Shown: in pieces, positions 11,554-23,691 of the stretch
Layout: each line of letters starts with the position of its first letter
Numbering within the stretch: position 1 is the stretch's first letter
NCBI GenBank assembly: GCA_963751115.1
Contig: CAVVTN010000002.1
Coordinates: forward strand, 58,197-122,196
Direction: 5' to 3'
DNA: 64,000 nt
From: an uncultured Candidatus Altimarinota bacterium
Lineage (GTDB): Bacteria > Patescibacteriota > Gracilibacteria > BD1-5 > UBA2023
Program-made: the position numbers and the translations under genes
Notes under the pieces: model-generated
Database searches by the model: none
What the model saw: only the letters and a program-made list of their open reading frames with translations
What the model was told of the DNA's origin: nothing

Positions 11554-11889
11554 ATGAATACACTAAAATCTTCTAAAGTAGAGAATCTTAGTCTCTATAG
11601 TCAAGCAGTATTACATTTTTCTCCTTTGGGAAAGATGATAGAAAGAAGGTCAAATATCTGAAGAATACTCTCTATTGATGAGCTTTCATTGGTATTTACA
11701 GAAGTTGCTCGTAATGAATGTCCTACAGAAATAGGTCTCTTTCAAAAAAATTATCTTACCCTTTCTGACACAGATAAAGAAATATTTATACAAGAAAATA
11801 TCACACCATTACAAGAAAATTTCTGTCTCTTAAGAACACAAGAAAAATTTCTTAAAAGATTAGAACAGTGACTCGCAAGAAGAGGATAA
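11554..11889 (+). CDS. Hypothetical protein (111 aa)
   Basis: ATG at 11554 reads through TGA into track ORF 11689..11871, then ..LEQ-G-LARRG and TAA. Confidence 0.45.
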
Positions 11890-11894
11890 ACTTT

Positions 11895-11936
11895 AAAAAA
11901 ATATCCCCAATTCATAAATGAATTGGGGATATTTTA
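11895..11936. terminator. Bidirectional hairpin terminator between convergent genes
   Basis: Sequence aaaaaa-atatccccaattcat-aaa-tgaattggggatat-tttt. Confidence 0.6.
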
Positions 11937-11944
11937 AAGTAAAA

Positions 11945-12847
11945 CTATGATTTCAGGATATCTTCATGGATACTATGAACCGCAAGACAACCTTCGGCAG
12001 CACTCATAATTGTTTGTTGGAATTTATTGGAAGCAGTGGTGATATCCCCAGCAGCATAGAGTCCCGGAACATTCGTTTGCTGACGAGCATCTACGACGAT
12101 ATATCCTGCACTATCTTTTGTCGGATTCAAACCATCGATAATCGCTGTCTCTGGCTGATTCCCGATTGCTACGAAAATCCCATCTACTGCCAGCTCATTT
12201 CCCGTATTGAGGATCAATTTTTCCACTCCGAATCCTCATTCGATAGAAGTCACGCTCGTTTCAAAATGTACCTGAATATTGGAATGTTTTGCAAGTTGAT
12301 CTATCCACACCGTCTCCGCACGAAATTCGTTTCCCCGAACGAGAATATGAACTTCCTTGCATATTTCTGCAAGATAGAGCGCTTCGGTGATAGCAGTATT
12401 TCCCCCACCAACCAGAGCGATATTTCGATTTCGGAAAAACATCCCATCGCAGGTTGCACAATAGGAAACTCCGGCACCGAGGAACTTCTCTTCTCATGGA
12501 ACTCCCAGTTTTCGGTATTTATTCCCGATGGCGAGAAGTACATATTTCGCCTCGAGAGTTTTCCCACTCGCTGTTTTGACAGTGAAAATATTTCCCGATT
12601 TTGTCACACTCGAAACCTCATCTTGGATGAGTTCTGAACCAGCCAAAACCGCATGTTCCGTAAAACGGTCCATAATCTCTCGACCGGTTGCCGAGATAGT
12701 TCCTGGATAATTTTCTACTTTGTGAGAAGTTGCCAAAGCTCCGCCCGGCATCGCTCCGATAATGCAATTATTGAGTTTGTAACGAGAAGCGTACATTCCT
12801 GCTGGAAGTCCTGCGGAACCAGCTCAGATGATAATAAGATCGTACAT
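11945..12847 (-). CDS. trxB: Thioredoxin reductase
   Basis: MYDLIII-G(TGA)-AGSAGL (FAD GxGxxG motif). Track ORFs 12494..12796, 12236..12442 and 11945..12226 are all in one frame, joined by TGA. CATC redox motif present. TAG stop. Confidence 0.9.
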
Positions 12848-12874
12848 AAAAGTGATTGATTATAAATCTAAAAA

Positions 12875-13447
12875 TTATTCTTTATTCTCCATCTCCTGCT
12901 CTCTGTGATTTCGCTTCGCCTTATTCTCCTGAATCACATTACGAATGATACTCGCACTATCTATGGGAGACGGAGCAAAGTGCATAATGAAATTGGAATT
13001 CTCGGAAGCAGTATGCATAGAAACGGTTCCATAATTGAAGAGATTTTCGAAAAGTCCTTTTGTCTGAGCATTTACCTCTTTGACATCTTCGAGGGAACAT
13101 TCTGAAATCGTTCGGTTGAGAAATGACAATTGCTCTATTCCACGAATTCTCTGGTCAGTTATGACGAACAAATCGAGTTCATTATTTGCCCAAGTAACAT
13201 AGAGAAACAAGAGGTAAATAGACCAGTATAAAATCAGAAAAACGGAAAAGAAGGTATTCGGAATAAACGAGAAAACAGTGTTTTGATATGCAAGAAGTAT
13301 AATGGATGAAAATACCAAAAAGAACGCAGAAAATCCAAGATAGAGATATACTATCCAATGACGCTTCAGAACGAGTTTTATTTCTTCATCGGGACGGAAA
13401 GTATTTCGGAGTCCAGACAAATTCATTCCGTGAATATTGAGAGACAT
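12875..13447 (-). CDS. Membrane protein with two TM helices and a bacterial PH-like (YdbT/DUF304-like) domain
   Basis: Intact track ORF ending in TAA. Similar in architecture to 16540..17076. Confidence 0.6.
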   Translation of the reverse strand: MSLNIHGMNLSGLRNTFRPDEEIKLVLKRHWIVYLYLGFSAFFLVFSSIILLAYQNTVFSFIPNTFFSVFLILYWSIYLLFLYVTWANNELDLFVITDQRIRGIEQLSFLNRTISECSLEDVKEVNAQTKGLFENLFNYGTVSMHTASENSNFIMHFAPSPIDSASIIRNVIQENKAKRNHREQEMENKE

Positions 13448-13459
13448 AAAATATGAAGA

Positions 13460-14029
13460 TTAGGTGATATTTGGTTTTTTTATATACAATGGGCTTATTT
13501 TCTCTTGAGGATTCTCAAAGAGAAAGTTTTTACAACACATCTCATATTTCAGGTCCGATTGTATGGAAATTGTATCGTTTGTAAAATCATTTGCATCGCC
13601 CATTCAGAAATAGTTTCCTGCAGGAATATCAGAAAGAGCAATAAGTGCTGGGGAATTTTCTACATCTTTTTGAATGAGGTATTCTCCACGATTCGCCCGA
13701 AGAAGTATCGGGAATGTCCATCCTGAAAGTATTCCCATTTGAAAATAATCAATACTGTAGAGCGGAATATGGTGCACAAATGAAAGTGTATTTATCGTGA
13801 GCGTAATAATCCGCATCGCCGTAAAACTTCCCGGACCATTCACGACAATCACTCACTTAAGATTGGTGTATTTCAGCTTATTTTCCGTCAAAAATTCTTG
13901 CAGAGAAATAAGAAAATATTCTGATTCTCTACCTCGAAGTTCCAGAGATTTTTGCGAAATAATATGCCTCTCAGAATCGAAAAGAATATAGGTTGCAGGG
14001 AGAGAAATGGTTTCTATGAAAAGATACAT
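13460..14029 (-). CDS. tsaB: tRNA t6A modification protein TsaB (YeaZ)
   Basis: ATG at 14029. ..YTNLK-G-VIVVNGPGSFTAMRI.. contains track ORF 13604..13852, then reads through TGA to TAA at 13460-13462. Confidence 0.75.
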
Positions 14030-14103
14030 AGGAATAATGAGTTTAATGAAAATTTAAATAAAAATAGGTTTTATTGAAAGATTATAAGAATACAGAACAC
14101 ATT

Positions 14104-15194
14104 TTACAAAGCTCTATAACTTCCGTCGATAGTAATCTCCACTGTTCCATACACTTCCATCATAGAGAGTTTCCCAGCAATCAGTACTGCATCCATTTCA
14201 TAACTGATCAGCTATGGCAGGATATATCGAGTGATTCATTTGCAAGCAGTTCATAAATAGATGCCTCGATCGGGTCGTCAAATTTTGGAAGAGTGGGAAG
14301 TTTTTCATCTTTTGCGAGAATAGTCACCGGACCATATTCTGAGAGAATATCACTCGCACTCATGGTGAGTTTTGCTTGTCAATCTCGTATCAGACTATTG
14401 GTTCCGATACTCGTTGCCTTCGTAATATCGCCAGGAATCGCAAATACATCTCGTCCAAAATCGAGAGAGAGTCGAGCAGTAATGAACGTTCCAGATTTTT
14501 CAGCAGATTCGGTCACGAGCGTTCCTCGAGAAATACCTGCAACGATTTCGTTACGAATAGGAAAATTGTATGGTTCTGGAAGTGTTCCGAGTGGAAATGG
14601 TGATACAAGAGCTCCGCCAGATGTGAGAATTTGATTGAATAATTCTTTGTTCTCTTTTGGATAGCACCGATCGATTCCCGTTCCAAAAACCGAGAGAGTA
14701 TATCCGTTATTTTCAAGCGTGATTTTGTGTCCGATGGAATCCACTCCATACGCTCCTCCAGAAACTATTCCATATCATTCTCGTACGAGATCTGGGATAA
14801 TAGTTGCGAGTGTCGTTCGTGAATAAGAGGTACTTTTTCGTGAACCGATAACAGAAAGGAGATTTGTATGTGTCGGTAATATTCCTCGCACATAGAGAAA
14901 ATACGGACAAACGGGAGTTTGCAAGAGAAGTTCTGGGTAGAGCGGATTATGCAGAGTAATGATCTGAATGTTAAGTTTTTCTATGAGTTCAGTAATTCTG
15001 GCAGTATCCAGTTTCTGCTTCTTCTCCAAAACCGTCTGGATTTTTTCTTCTTTGAATCCTAATTTTTGAAGAAATGAATAATCAATCTGATTATAAAAAT
15101 CTTCATAGTTTTCGTCATTCTCAAAAATCCGAGCAAGAGCTTTTTGAGAAAAACCGATGGAGTGAAGGAAAACAAGCGGGAGAAAAGAGTTCAT
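14104..15194 (-). CDS. dprA: DNA processing protein DprA/Smf; frame change(s) near 14205-14225
   Basis: Track ORFs 14775..15194 and 14379..14744 are joined by TGA (..DLVRE-G-YGIVSGGAYGVDS..). The C-terminal winged-helix part (LISYEMDAVLIAGKLSMMEVYGTVEITIDGSYRAL, TAA) lies in another frame. Confidence 0.8.
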
Positions 15195-15218
15195 ATGTAT
15201 GAGAAATAGAGAATATGC

Positions 15219-16166
15219 CTATAACTTCAGCAAAATATTCGGACCAAAATATACACGGGAATTCTTTTTTTCCAAATGAAGTTTCCCAAGATCTTTCTGA
15301 GTATAATTTCCCTTATCTCCGATGAATCGAATTATTTCAGCGATTCCTCCTTCCGAGAGTCCAATAGTTCCATTATTTGCCTGTGCATACAAGTATCGAA
15401 TAATCTCTTTTTGGAGAAAAGATGGTTGTAGAAAAAAATCTTCTCCCAAAAAAGTGGTTTCTCCTCTCAAAAATATCACCACTTGTGCGTCGATAAAACC
15501 TCCGAGTTCATTCATATATTTCATAAAAGAAGCAAGATTTTTTCGATATTCTGGATTGATACGTTCAAATTCACTGATGATATTGAGTCGGAGGTGATTT
15601 CGAAGATATATATCATCGGCATTCGTAGAATCAAGTCGAAATGGGATATTTTCTGTCTCCAATTTTCGGAGAATATCGAGTTTGGAAAACTGTCAAAATG
15701 GTCGAAGAATATAGCCATTTTGTTCTGGAATTCCCATGAGTCCATGGATCTTGGATCCCCGAATCAAATTAAACATCAGTGTTTCTATATTGTCATCAAG
15801 ATGGTGCGCGGTCAAGATATATTTTGCACTATATTGCAATCGTACTTGTTCGAGAAAAGCATATCGCTCAATACGAGCCGTTTCCTCGATTCCTTTTTTC
15901 GATTCCTGAGCAAGGCTGGATATATCCTTGCTTGTACTCACAAAAACAAGATGGTTCTTCTCACAAAAATCGCGAAGGAAATCTTCATCTCCATCACTCT
16001 CAGTTCCTCGAAGACAATGATTAAAATGAGCAACAATTATTGCTTCTTTGGCTTGAGTTTTCAGAACTTCCGCCAGTAAATACATACTGTCTGGACCTCA
16101 TGAACACGCGATAATAAGAATATCCTCAGGGAGGATATCGTATTTTTGGAAGAAGTTTTTGAGCAT
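15219..16166 (-). CDS. tilS: tRNA(Ile)-lysidine synthase
   Basis: MLKNFFQKYDILPEDILIIACS-G(TGA)-GPDSMYLL gives the SGGxDS PP-loop. It joins track ORFs 15693..16085 and 15219..15662 in frame. TAG stop. Confidence 0.85.
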
Positions 16167-16193
16167 ATAGGGAGTAGATATAAATGAATGTAA

Positions 16194-16514
16194 TTATCGC
16201 AGGTCTTTTTCTTGATTGAGTTTCCTCACAAATTCTAAGAACTTATCATCGGGGGCAACTTTATTAAGCATTATTTTATTACATTTGACACACTGATGCT
16301 GGATCATATATCCTTTATTCTTCCGATAATCTATATCCATCGGTTGCATCTTTCCATGACATAAAGAAGCCCGATCGCCTGGGTGTACATCGTCAACATG
16401 TTTCGAACAAAGACAAAGAGGACAATGATTCCGAGCAGAACCTTCAGGATGTGGAGTGATAGATGTGTGACAATATTCACATTCAAAAGATTCATTGTAC
16501 ATTATAAAAGTCAT
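16194..16514 (-). CDS. RNHCP-domain zinc-binding protein
   Basis: Intact track ORF with ..GSARNHCPLCLCSKH.. and further CxxC pairs. TAA stop. Confidence 0.65.
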   Translation of the reverse strand: MTFIMYNESFECEYCHTSITPHPEGSARNHCPLCLCSKHVDDVHPGDRASLCHGKMQPMDIDYRKNKGYMIQHQCVKCNKIMLNKVAPDDKFLEFVRKLNQEKDLR

Positions 16515-16539
16515 ATTTTATGGACGAAAATCAGTAAAA

Positions 16540-17076
16540 TTAGTTTCTCAGAAAACGGATTTCTTGTCATCATTGATTGATATACGTGGTATTTTCACGA
16601 AGTATTTGCCATACTTCATAGGGCTTTGGTATAAAATGTATCACTTTTACTTCGTCTTTTTGTTGTTCGATAATGAGATGTCCAAATCCAAACACATTTG
16701 CTAAAAGACCATGTCGTTCCACATCTATCTTCATAACTTTTGAAAGGTCCATTATCTCAAGATCTTCCTGAAGTATCAGAGAATTATTAATGATAATAAT
16801 TCTATCTCTTACGATAATCATCAATCGATTATAATAGCCTATGATTCCCAATATGAGTTGAATAAATCCATAATTTACCAAGAGAAAAATAATAGGGAAA
16901 AATATGTAGTTAATAAGATCGGCTGTATTTTTATTGAGCTCTTCCTTGTAGATCAAAAGAGCAATAAAGAGAGCTCCTGCTATCAATAATAAAAAAAGGA
17001 ATTTTGCTACAATATAAAGAAAATATATTGCATGTTTTGTGATGATGGTATAGTTTTCTTCCGAAAGGATAGTCAT
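16540..17076 (-). CDS. Membrane protein with bacterial PH-like domain (paralogue-like of 12875..13447)
   Basis: Track ORF 16570..17076 extends through two TGA codons to TAA at 16540-16542. Confidence 0.55.
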
Positions 17077-17085
17077 GTAAATAAA

Positions 17086-17322
17086 CTATAAAAGAGTAAG
17101 GACAATTACTACAGAAAGAGTGAATAAAAAAGCAAAAATGAGGCGTGTAATGATTTTGAGTTTGCGAGCAATCATGTTAAGTCCATCCTCTCAAACAGGA
17201 TATAGCTTCTCAATATGTCGTCTGTGAATATAATTAAGGCGTATTTCAAAAAAAACTACCACACAAATAAAGAAAAGAGTGTAAATACTGAGAATGATAA
17301 TTTGTGTTTGAGTGATAGGCAT
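17086..17322 (-). CDS. Small membrane protein (78 aa), hypothetical
   Basis: ATG at 17322. MPITQTQIIILSIYTLFFICVVVFFEIRL..-G-..LIFAFLFTLSVVIVLTLL, TAG at 17086-17088. Missed by the track because of an internal TGA. Confidence 0.4.
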
Positions 17323-17450
17323 ATTTCTCTCGTTAAATAATGAGATACAATGTCGAATTGTCTACAGTATAATGATATTCATATTTTTGCAATACCAATT
17401 GATATATGATACTATCTCTGTAGTTATATTCATATTTACAAACATTTCCC

Positions 17451-18758
17451 ATGTCGATACAAAGCGAAGAAGACTTCAAGAAAATAAAAGCTGCACTTAT
17501 AAAGGAAAATGCATGATTTCATTCTGCGAAATTTCAGGAGCTCGAAGAATTTGTGCGAGCTGCTCTTGCAAAGCAGGATTCCGATACAGCACTTATACTG
17601 ATTACTAAATGATCTCTTTCTCTTGGTGGGTCTGATATTCACTATGACATCAAGGTTACTTCTGTCGATGTACGACTCCGAATCGATGGAAATCTCGTAA
17701 CGGTTTTTAGCCTCAGTACCACAGAATATAAACTTGTTTTGGAGCGACTCAAGTACAAATCGAATATGAAACTCAATCTGACACAGATTCCACAGGATGG
17801 GAAATATCGCATCGAAACGGAAGGTGATCGTATAGACGTCCGTGTCTCCACACTGCCTGTGAAACTTGGCGAAAATGTCGTATGTCGAATACTCGACTCT
17901 ACCAACTCTATTCCTGCCATGAGCGAACTCGGATTTATGTGGACATCCAAACGACAAATTGAAAAAAGTACCGAGAAAAAAAGTGGTATGATCCTTGTAA
18001 CCGGACCAACAGGAAGTGGTAAAACAACCACTCTCTATTCGATACTTTCGACACTGAATACTCCTGAAAAGAAGGTTATCACCCTCGAAGATCCTATCGA
18101 ATATGAGCTCGAAGGAGTTGTACAGTCTGAAGTAAATGAGAAAAATAATTATACCTACGCAAGTGGACTCAAAGCACTTCTTCGTCAGGATCCCGATGTT
18201 ATTATGATTGGAGAAATACGCGATCTCGAGACGGCAGATATTGCTGCTCAAGCCTCTCTCACGGGACATCTCGTACTTTCTACGCTTCATACCAAGAGTG
18301 CATCAGAAACCATCGAACGTCTCACTAATATGGGACTTCCTCCATATATTCTTGCTTCTGCTATTGATATAATCATAGCTCAACGGCTCGTGCGAAAGAT
18401 TTGCAAACACTGTTCAGAATCCTATGAAGCAACGCCTGACGAAAACAATATCATCTCATGGATGATGAAAGACATAGGAATCGAGGCAGTTTCTAAAGCT
18501 AAGAAAAATGGCTTTACACTCCATCATGGAAAAGGATGTGAACATTGTGGATATACTGGATTCAAAGGACGAGTCGGAATATTCGAAGTACTCCATTTCT
18601 CCAGTGAAATTCGTACGCTTATTCGCAATGGAGCAAGTCCAGCAGAGATTCTCGAAAAAGGACGAGAACAAGATCTCGTTCTTATGAGAGAGGACGGAGT
18701 ACTTAAAGCAATGCGCGGAAAAACTACACTCGAGGAACTCTTCAGCGTGGTTGATTAG
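17451..18758 (+). CDS. GspE/PilB-family secretion or pilus-assembly ATPase (short form)
   Basis: ATG at 17451 reads through two TGA codons into track ORF 17739..18758. Walker A is VTGPTGSGKTTT. A C-terminal CxxC..CxxC zinc motif is present. Confidence 0.85.
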
Positions 18759-18775
18759 AGGAATATAATTTAAAA

Positions 18776-18812
18776 ATATCCCATTTCTCTCAAGAAATGG
18801 GATATTTTATTT
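18776..18812 (+). terminator. Rho-independent terminator after the PilB-like gene
   Basis: Hairpin atatcccatttct-ctca-agaaatgggatat followed by tttatttt. Confidence 0.6.
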
Positions 18813-18819
18813 TCTTCAC

Positions 18820-18895
18820 TGGAGCCAACGATGGAACTCGAATCCACGACCTCATCATTACCAATGATGCGCTCTACCAACTGAGCTACGCCGGC
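18820..18895 (-). tRNA. tRNA-Thr (anticodon GGU), CCA encoded
   Basis: The reverse complement is GCCGGCGTAGCTCAGTTGGTAGAGCGCATCATTGGTAATGATGAGGTCGTGGATTCGAGTTCCATCGTTGGCTCCA. It folds as a cloverleaf with a 7-bp acceptor stem, a TTGGTAA anticodon loop and a GGTTCGA-like T-loop. Confidence 0.85.
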
Positions 18896-18902
18896 TTATA
18901 TA

Positions 18903-19964
18903 TTAAATAAGCTCGCCTATTATATGGTCAATGAGAAAAATTCAAGTCGAAGTTGGAAAAACCCTATTTCCTCGTATTTCAATAAGTTCGTCTGTTTTCA
19001 ATTTTTCTACTTTTTGTACATCAGAAAATTCACTGAGTAATACTCCAGAAGTCCTCATCCCAAACATTATCCGTTCGATACGGAGCGATTCTTCATTGAG
19101 TAATTCCTCTTGTCTTTCTCATTTATAATATCCAGAAAATGAAGAACTATTTGTAAATCTTTCACCCTCTATATAACTCGCAGCTGAGAGTCAAAAGCCT
19201 CGATAGTTAGAATGATTCCAATATGATTGATTATGTCTGGATTCAAAACCTGGTTGTGCAAAATTGGAAAGTTCGTACCGATAAAATCCTTTTTCTTGAA
19301 GATATTGCATTCCAGCAAGATATTCCGAACGAATAATCTCTTCGCTTGGCAAATACGGTTTCCAATCCACAGGATAATTTTCATCTTCGAGCATATACAT
19401 GCTCGCATGTTTTGGAATTATACTGAGAGAATATCTGCTCGAAATCAGAAACCATTTGACCTACGAGAAGTATGTGGAAGTCCTGCGATAAAATCGATGG
19501 AAATATTTCCGAATAGGACCATTTGCAAGAAAATCCAATGCATGGAAAATCGCCTTGTTGGAATCTGCTCGCCCCACCATTTGAGAGCTTTTTCATTCAA
19601 AGTCTGAATCCCAAGACTCAATCGATTCACTCAAAGTTTTGAAAGAGCATGTAAGATATTCACTCGTAATATCTTCAGGGTTCGATTCCAGAGTAATCTC
19701 AGATATTTTCTCGAAACCTCTCTGTCTATGGAAAATATCCAAAATTTCCGCCAATTGTTTGCCCGTCAGAATAGAAGGAGTACCGCCACCGAAATAAATA
19801 GTTTCAATAGTATTTCCTGGATTCTCCATAAAAAACTCTTCTATTTCCCTTTTCAAAGCATCAATATAAATCCGAACCTTGAGTTCATTAAATTTGGGAG
19901 TCAGTGCAAAATGACAATACTGACACTTCTGACGACAAAAGGGAATGTGAATATAGAAAAACAT
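18903..19964 (-). CDS. hemW: Radical SAM protein HemW/HemN-like; about five frame changes between about 19400 and 19640
   Basis: The N-terminus HIPFCRQKCQYCHF (CxxxCxxC) is in track ORF 19593..19964. Conserved segments then alternate between frames (GVNRLSLGIQTLNEKALKWWG / RADSNKAIFHALDFLANGPI / NISIDFIAGLPHTS / ..SDFEQIFSQYNSKTCEH / YMLEDENYP..). The C-terminus reads through TGA to TAA at 18903-18905. Confidence 0.7.
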
Positions 19965-19965
19965 T

Positions 19966-20587
19966 TTAATACGCGCTCAAAACTACTTTTATTTGATCAT
20001 ATACCGTCTCGACATCTCGAGAAGCATCAATCGTATAAACCTTTTTGCCTTCCTGCGCCCAATTTGCCAAAAGTGGAAGCGTATTTTCATAGAAAATCTC
20101 GATTCGTTTTGCAACAGCGTCTGGCGTATCATCGGGTCTTTTGATGAGTTTCTGACCAGTAAATGGACTGAATTACTCCGATAAAATCTGCCTGAAAACT
20201 TTCTCCCGTAGAGGGATCAATCTTTCGTCCAGCAAGTCGTTCAATTGCCTGTTCTCGTTTGAGATCTAGAAATACCACAAAATATCCAGGAAATACGGCA
20301 TCAAAAAGAGCTTTTTGTGTACTCGATCGTGGAATTCCATCGAAGAGAATCTTATCGCTTCCGTGTGTATCACGGTAGTGTTCTAACATACAGTTATGAG
20401 ATCATCGGGAATCAAGTTTCCCTTGCTCCATACAAGTCTTCACTTCGCCCGAACGAGGATGATTAAGTTCTGAAAATTTTCGAAGCTTTTGTCCCATCTC
20501 AAAAAAGTTATAACCATATTCTGTGGCTATTTTACGAGCTTGGGTTCCTTTACCAGAACCCTGGATTCAGACGAGGAGGATATTCAT
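19966..20587 (-). CDS. adk: Adenylate kinase; three frame changes (about 20385-20425 twice, about 20160-20175 once)
   Basis: MNILLV-G(TGA)-IQGSGKGTQARKIA is the P-loop. The segment ..GKLIPDDLITV.. sits out of frame. The C-terminal PFTGQKLIKRPDDTPDAVAKRIEIFYENTLPLL...VVLSAY (TAA) is in another frame from track ORF 20129..20389. Confidence 0.8.
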
Positions 20588-20632
20588 AAGCAAAATTATA
20601 AGGAGGTAGAGAATTATTTTTAAATTATTTAA

Positions 20633-21008
20633 ATTCTTCTTTCGGGTAGTAAGCCGGATTCTGTGTCTCGACATACATCTATCTCGTAGTACGGTCGCCC
20701 GTACTCTCTAGCGAGGTATACTTGACTCTCGACCGAGATCGTCATAGAGAATCAAAGTACCATTCCTCTTGCACCGTATAGGGTTTGCCACATAATTATT
20801 CCGAAGAATAATTACATCCGCCTGAAGCGGACTTTTCACCTTTCATCTGCCGAAACAGATTAGTATCGTCTCTGTGGTACTATCCGTACTCCTGGTTTTA
20901 GATATATACAGGAGCCGCAGACGTTATCTGCTATACTATCTCAGTAGTGTCCGGACTTTCCTCTGAGGGTTTTAAATCCTCGGCGTATGTCCCTCCGAAA
21001 GAAGAGGC
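20633..21008 (-). ncRNA. rnpB: RNase P RNA (bacterial type), about 375 nt
   Basis: On the minus strand it contains GAGGAAAGTCCGGAC (the P4/CR-I strand) near the 5' end and ACAGAATCCGGCTTAC (CR-V) near the 3' end. The ends pair as P1 (tcttctttcgg with ccgaaagaaga). No ORF in the region. Confidence 0.8.
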
Positions 21009-21064
21009 TGGCATTATACAGAGCCAGAGAGATTTACAAAATGTTTCTTGAAAAATAAAAAAAA

Positions 21065-21472
21065 TTATTTCATCCCCTCGTCCATCGCAACATTGGAGAG
21101 TCTATCTGCTTCCTTATTATATTCACGACGCACATGAGTAAATTGTATTTTCCCTTTCCAATTGCCGAGAAGTCATTGAATTTCTAGGAAAATAATCTTA
21201 AGTTCAGGATTTTTAATTTTAAAATTACCAGAAAGTTGTTCTATAACGAGATTACTATCCATTCGGAGTTCTATCTCGATCGCGCCGAGTTCTATCCCTC
21301 GGCGAATTCCGTACAACGCTCCTTGATATTCTGCCTGATTATTGGTCGCAATTCCGAGATATTTATGTCGTCGTTCGATAGCCTTTCCATTTTCATCCGT
21401 TATAAAAACCCCGATACCCGCAGGACCAGGATTGAATCGTGCTCAACCGTCAGTATAGATTATGAATTTCAT
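21065..21472 (-). CDS. rnhA: Ribonuclease HI-like protein
   Basis: MKFIIYTDG-G(TGA)-ARFNPGPAGIGVFI..ATNNQAEYQGALYGI..THVRREYNKEADRLSN. 135 aa, TAA stop. Confidence 0.85.
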
Positions 21473-21502
21473 AGGAAAATTTTTGAGAGTAAAGATAATG
21501 AT

Positions 21503-22903
21503 TTATTTCCAGAAGAGATTATCGGTCCAGTCATTTTGGAAAATAATCGTATCCTGCGATTTCAGAACTACGGAAAGTGCTGAGTGTGCTGCGAGAGTAT
21601 TTGGATAGATGAGAATATTTTTTTCCTGAAATCCAGCCTTTTTCAATCCCTCATAAATATCTCGGGCCGCAGGATTATCGATGAGTAAAACTATATCGAA
21701 AACTTCGGCAAGCTGCCGTCATATCTCTAGATGAATTTCTCTCGAGCGATTTCCGAGTTCCACCAATCCAGGTGTGAGATAGATTTTACGTCCTGTTGTT
21801 TTGGTATTACGAAAAAGTTCTACTATCGCTTTCACTCCTTCAGGATTTCCGTTAAAACTATCATCTACGATACGAATATTGGTTTCTGGATGAGAGATAA
21901 CTTCCAGTCGATGTTCCACAAAAGGAAGACTTGTAACCGTCTGTATAATAACTTCATTTGGTATATTAAACGAACGAGCAATCTTATAAGCGATGATAAT
22001 GGGAGTGATAATATGAGCTCAGAGTAGTGGTGTTTGAAATACAAATCCATTGTATTCAAACTTCATCCCAGAAAATTCTGGGAGACATTCTATATTTGTT
22101 ACTGATTCCCGTGCCATATCTCGATACTGAACAGGAAGACTTTTGCGATTTTCATACCCCATTTTTACATACATATTTCGAGTATCCAGAAAACATTTTC
22201 CATCCACTTTTGTATTCTCTGGTAGTTCATAAATAGTATCGATAATGGTTTCTATAGAGCCAAATCGCTCCAAATGTTGTTCGGTAATACCGGTGATAAT
22301 TCCAATATTCGGATGAATAATATCACAGAGTTCCCGAACATCTCACTGATAATGTTCCCCGAGTTCAATAATCGCCACCCGATGGTCACTCGTCAAACCC
22401 GCGAGAATATCGTGACTAATTCCCAATGGTGTATTATGTGTACCCGATGGCGAAAAAGTCTCTAGTGAACTCGAGAGGATATGAGAAAGAATATGTTTCT
22501 GTGTGGTTTTTCCATAACTTCCTGCGATTCCGACGATCACAAGATCTGGAAATTGTTCTAAGTGGTTTTTTGCCCGAGAAACAATTCGTCTCTTGAGGAA
22601 TCAATCTATTGGCTTCAGGAGAATACAAGACAAAGCAATATATATGGGAAATACCAATACGAGTATTATAAAAATAATTACTTGTATAAGTAGCTCTTGG
22701 GGGAATAAAAGACTGAATAAAGAAAGTGTCCAAAGTAATCATCCGAGCAATGCGACTCCTTGTATCTTAGTAGTCCAAAGAATTTTCTGACGACTATTTT
22801 TCGAGAAGATAAATGTCGGGTGTTTATAGATAAATACTAAAAAATCCCAAAGGTGATAGCCTTCGAGTTGGAGAGCAAAGAGAATATTGGTGATGATATA
22901 CAT
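21503..22903 (-). CDS. MurF-like Mur ligase with a hydrophobic N-terminal extension
   Basis: Track ORFs 22739..22975, 22343..22540, 22019..22273 and 21719..21919 share one frame and are joined by TGA. Motifs are GIAGSYGKTT and DDSFNGNP..TPGLVELG. ATG at 22903 was chosen because the upstream TTG overlaps the hydrolase gene. Confidence 0.7.
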
Positions 22904-22910
22904 AGATGTT

Positions 22911-23678
22911 TTACAGAGAATGACTAAATTTTTGAATAGATTCAAATACTTCCTGTGGAAATTCTTGAAAGACAAAATGTGTTCCTAAAGGATACGTAAT
23001 AAGTTCCGAATGTGAAATTTTTCATTTCATAGTTTGAGCATCAGAAAGCGGGGTTTCTGTATCCTGCTCTCCCCAAATAAGGAGAGTCTTGGTTTGTATA
23101 TTTGGCAACAATAACTCTAGATCTTCATCGATAATTTTCCGAAAGGTATCTGCCATAAATCCTGCGTTCAAATAATCTGGAGATCCAAACTGCCGTCTCA
23201 GAAAAGACCGCACTCTTTGCATATATGATTTCGCCAAGATGGGTCGCACTATATTTGTGATATGAGTTCTCAGTACTGATACTCTTGGTCGTATACCCGC
23301 GCTTCCGATAAGTACCATTCCAGAAAAAAGATTCTTATGTGTTGCGGCAAGCTTAATAATAATACGTCCTCCAAATGAGTGGCCGATAACTATTGGAGTT
23401 ACTACTCCTATTTTCGAGAGAAACGTTTGTACAAAATCGGCATAATCTCAAATATCCCATGCCTCTTTTGGATACAAGGTCCCACCAAATCCTGGAAGGT
23501 CCAGAGTTATATAGGGGATATTACTTTGTTCACAAAGAGTAAAAATATCTCGAAATGAATCCATATTTTGCCCCCAACCATGCAAGAAAAGAAGCGTTTT
23601 TGTAGGTAAAATAGAACCATATATTCCATAGGATATATCGATACCATTTACGAGAATGTGTTTTTTCGTAAGAGACAT
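22911..23678 (-). CDS. Alpha/beta hydrolase fold protein
   Basis: Track ORFs 23448..23678 and 23022..23318 are joined via TGA (..LHGWGQN...VIGHSFGGRI..), then read through TGA to TAA at 22911-22913. Confidence 0.7.
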
Positions 23679-23691
23679 GACAAAAATAGTA

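Noticed and set aside
17436-18290. 284-aa minus-strand ORF
   Set aside because: It lies antisense to the PilB/GspE ATPase gene (clear Walker A on the plus strand). It is a shadow ORF.
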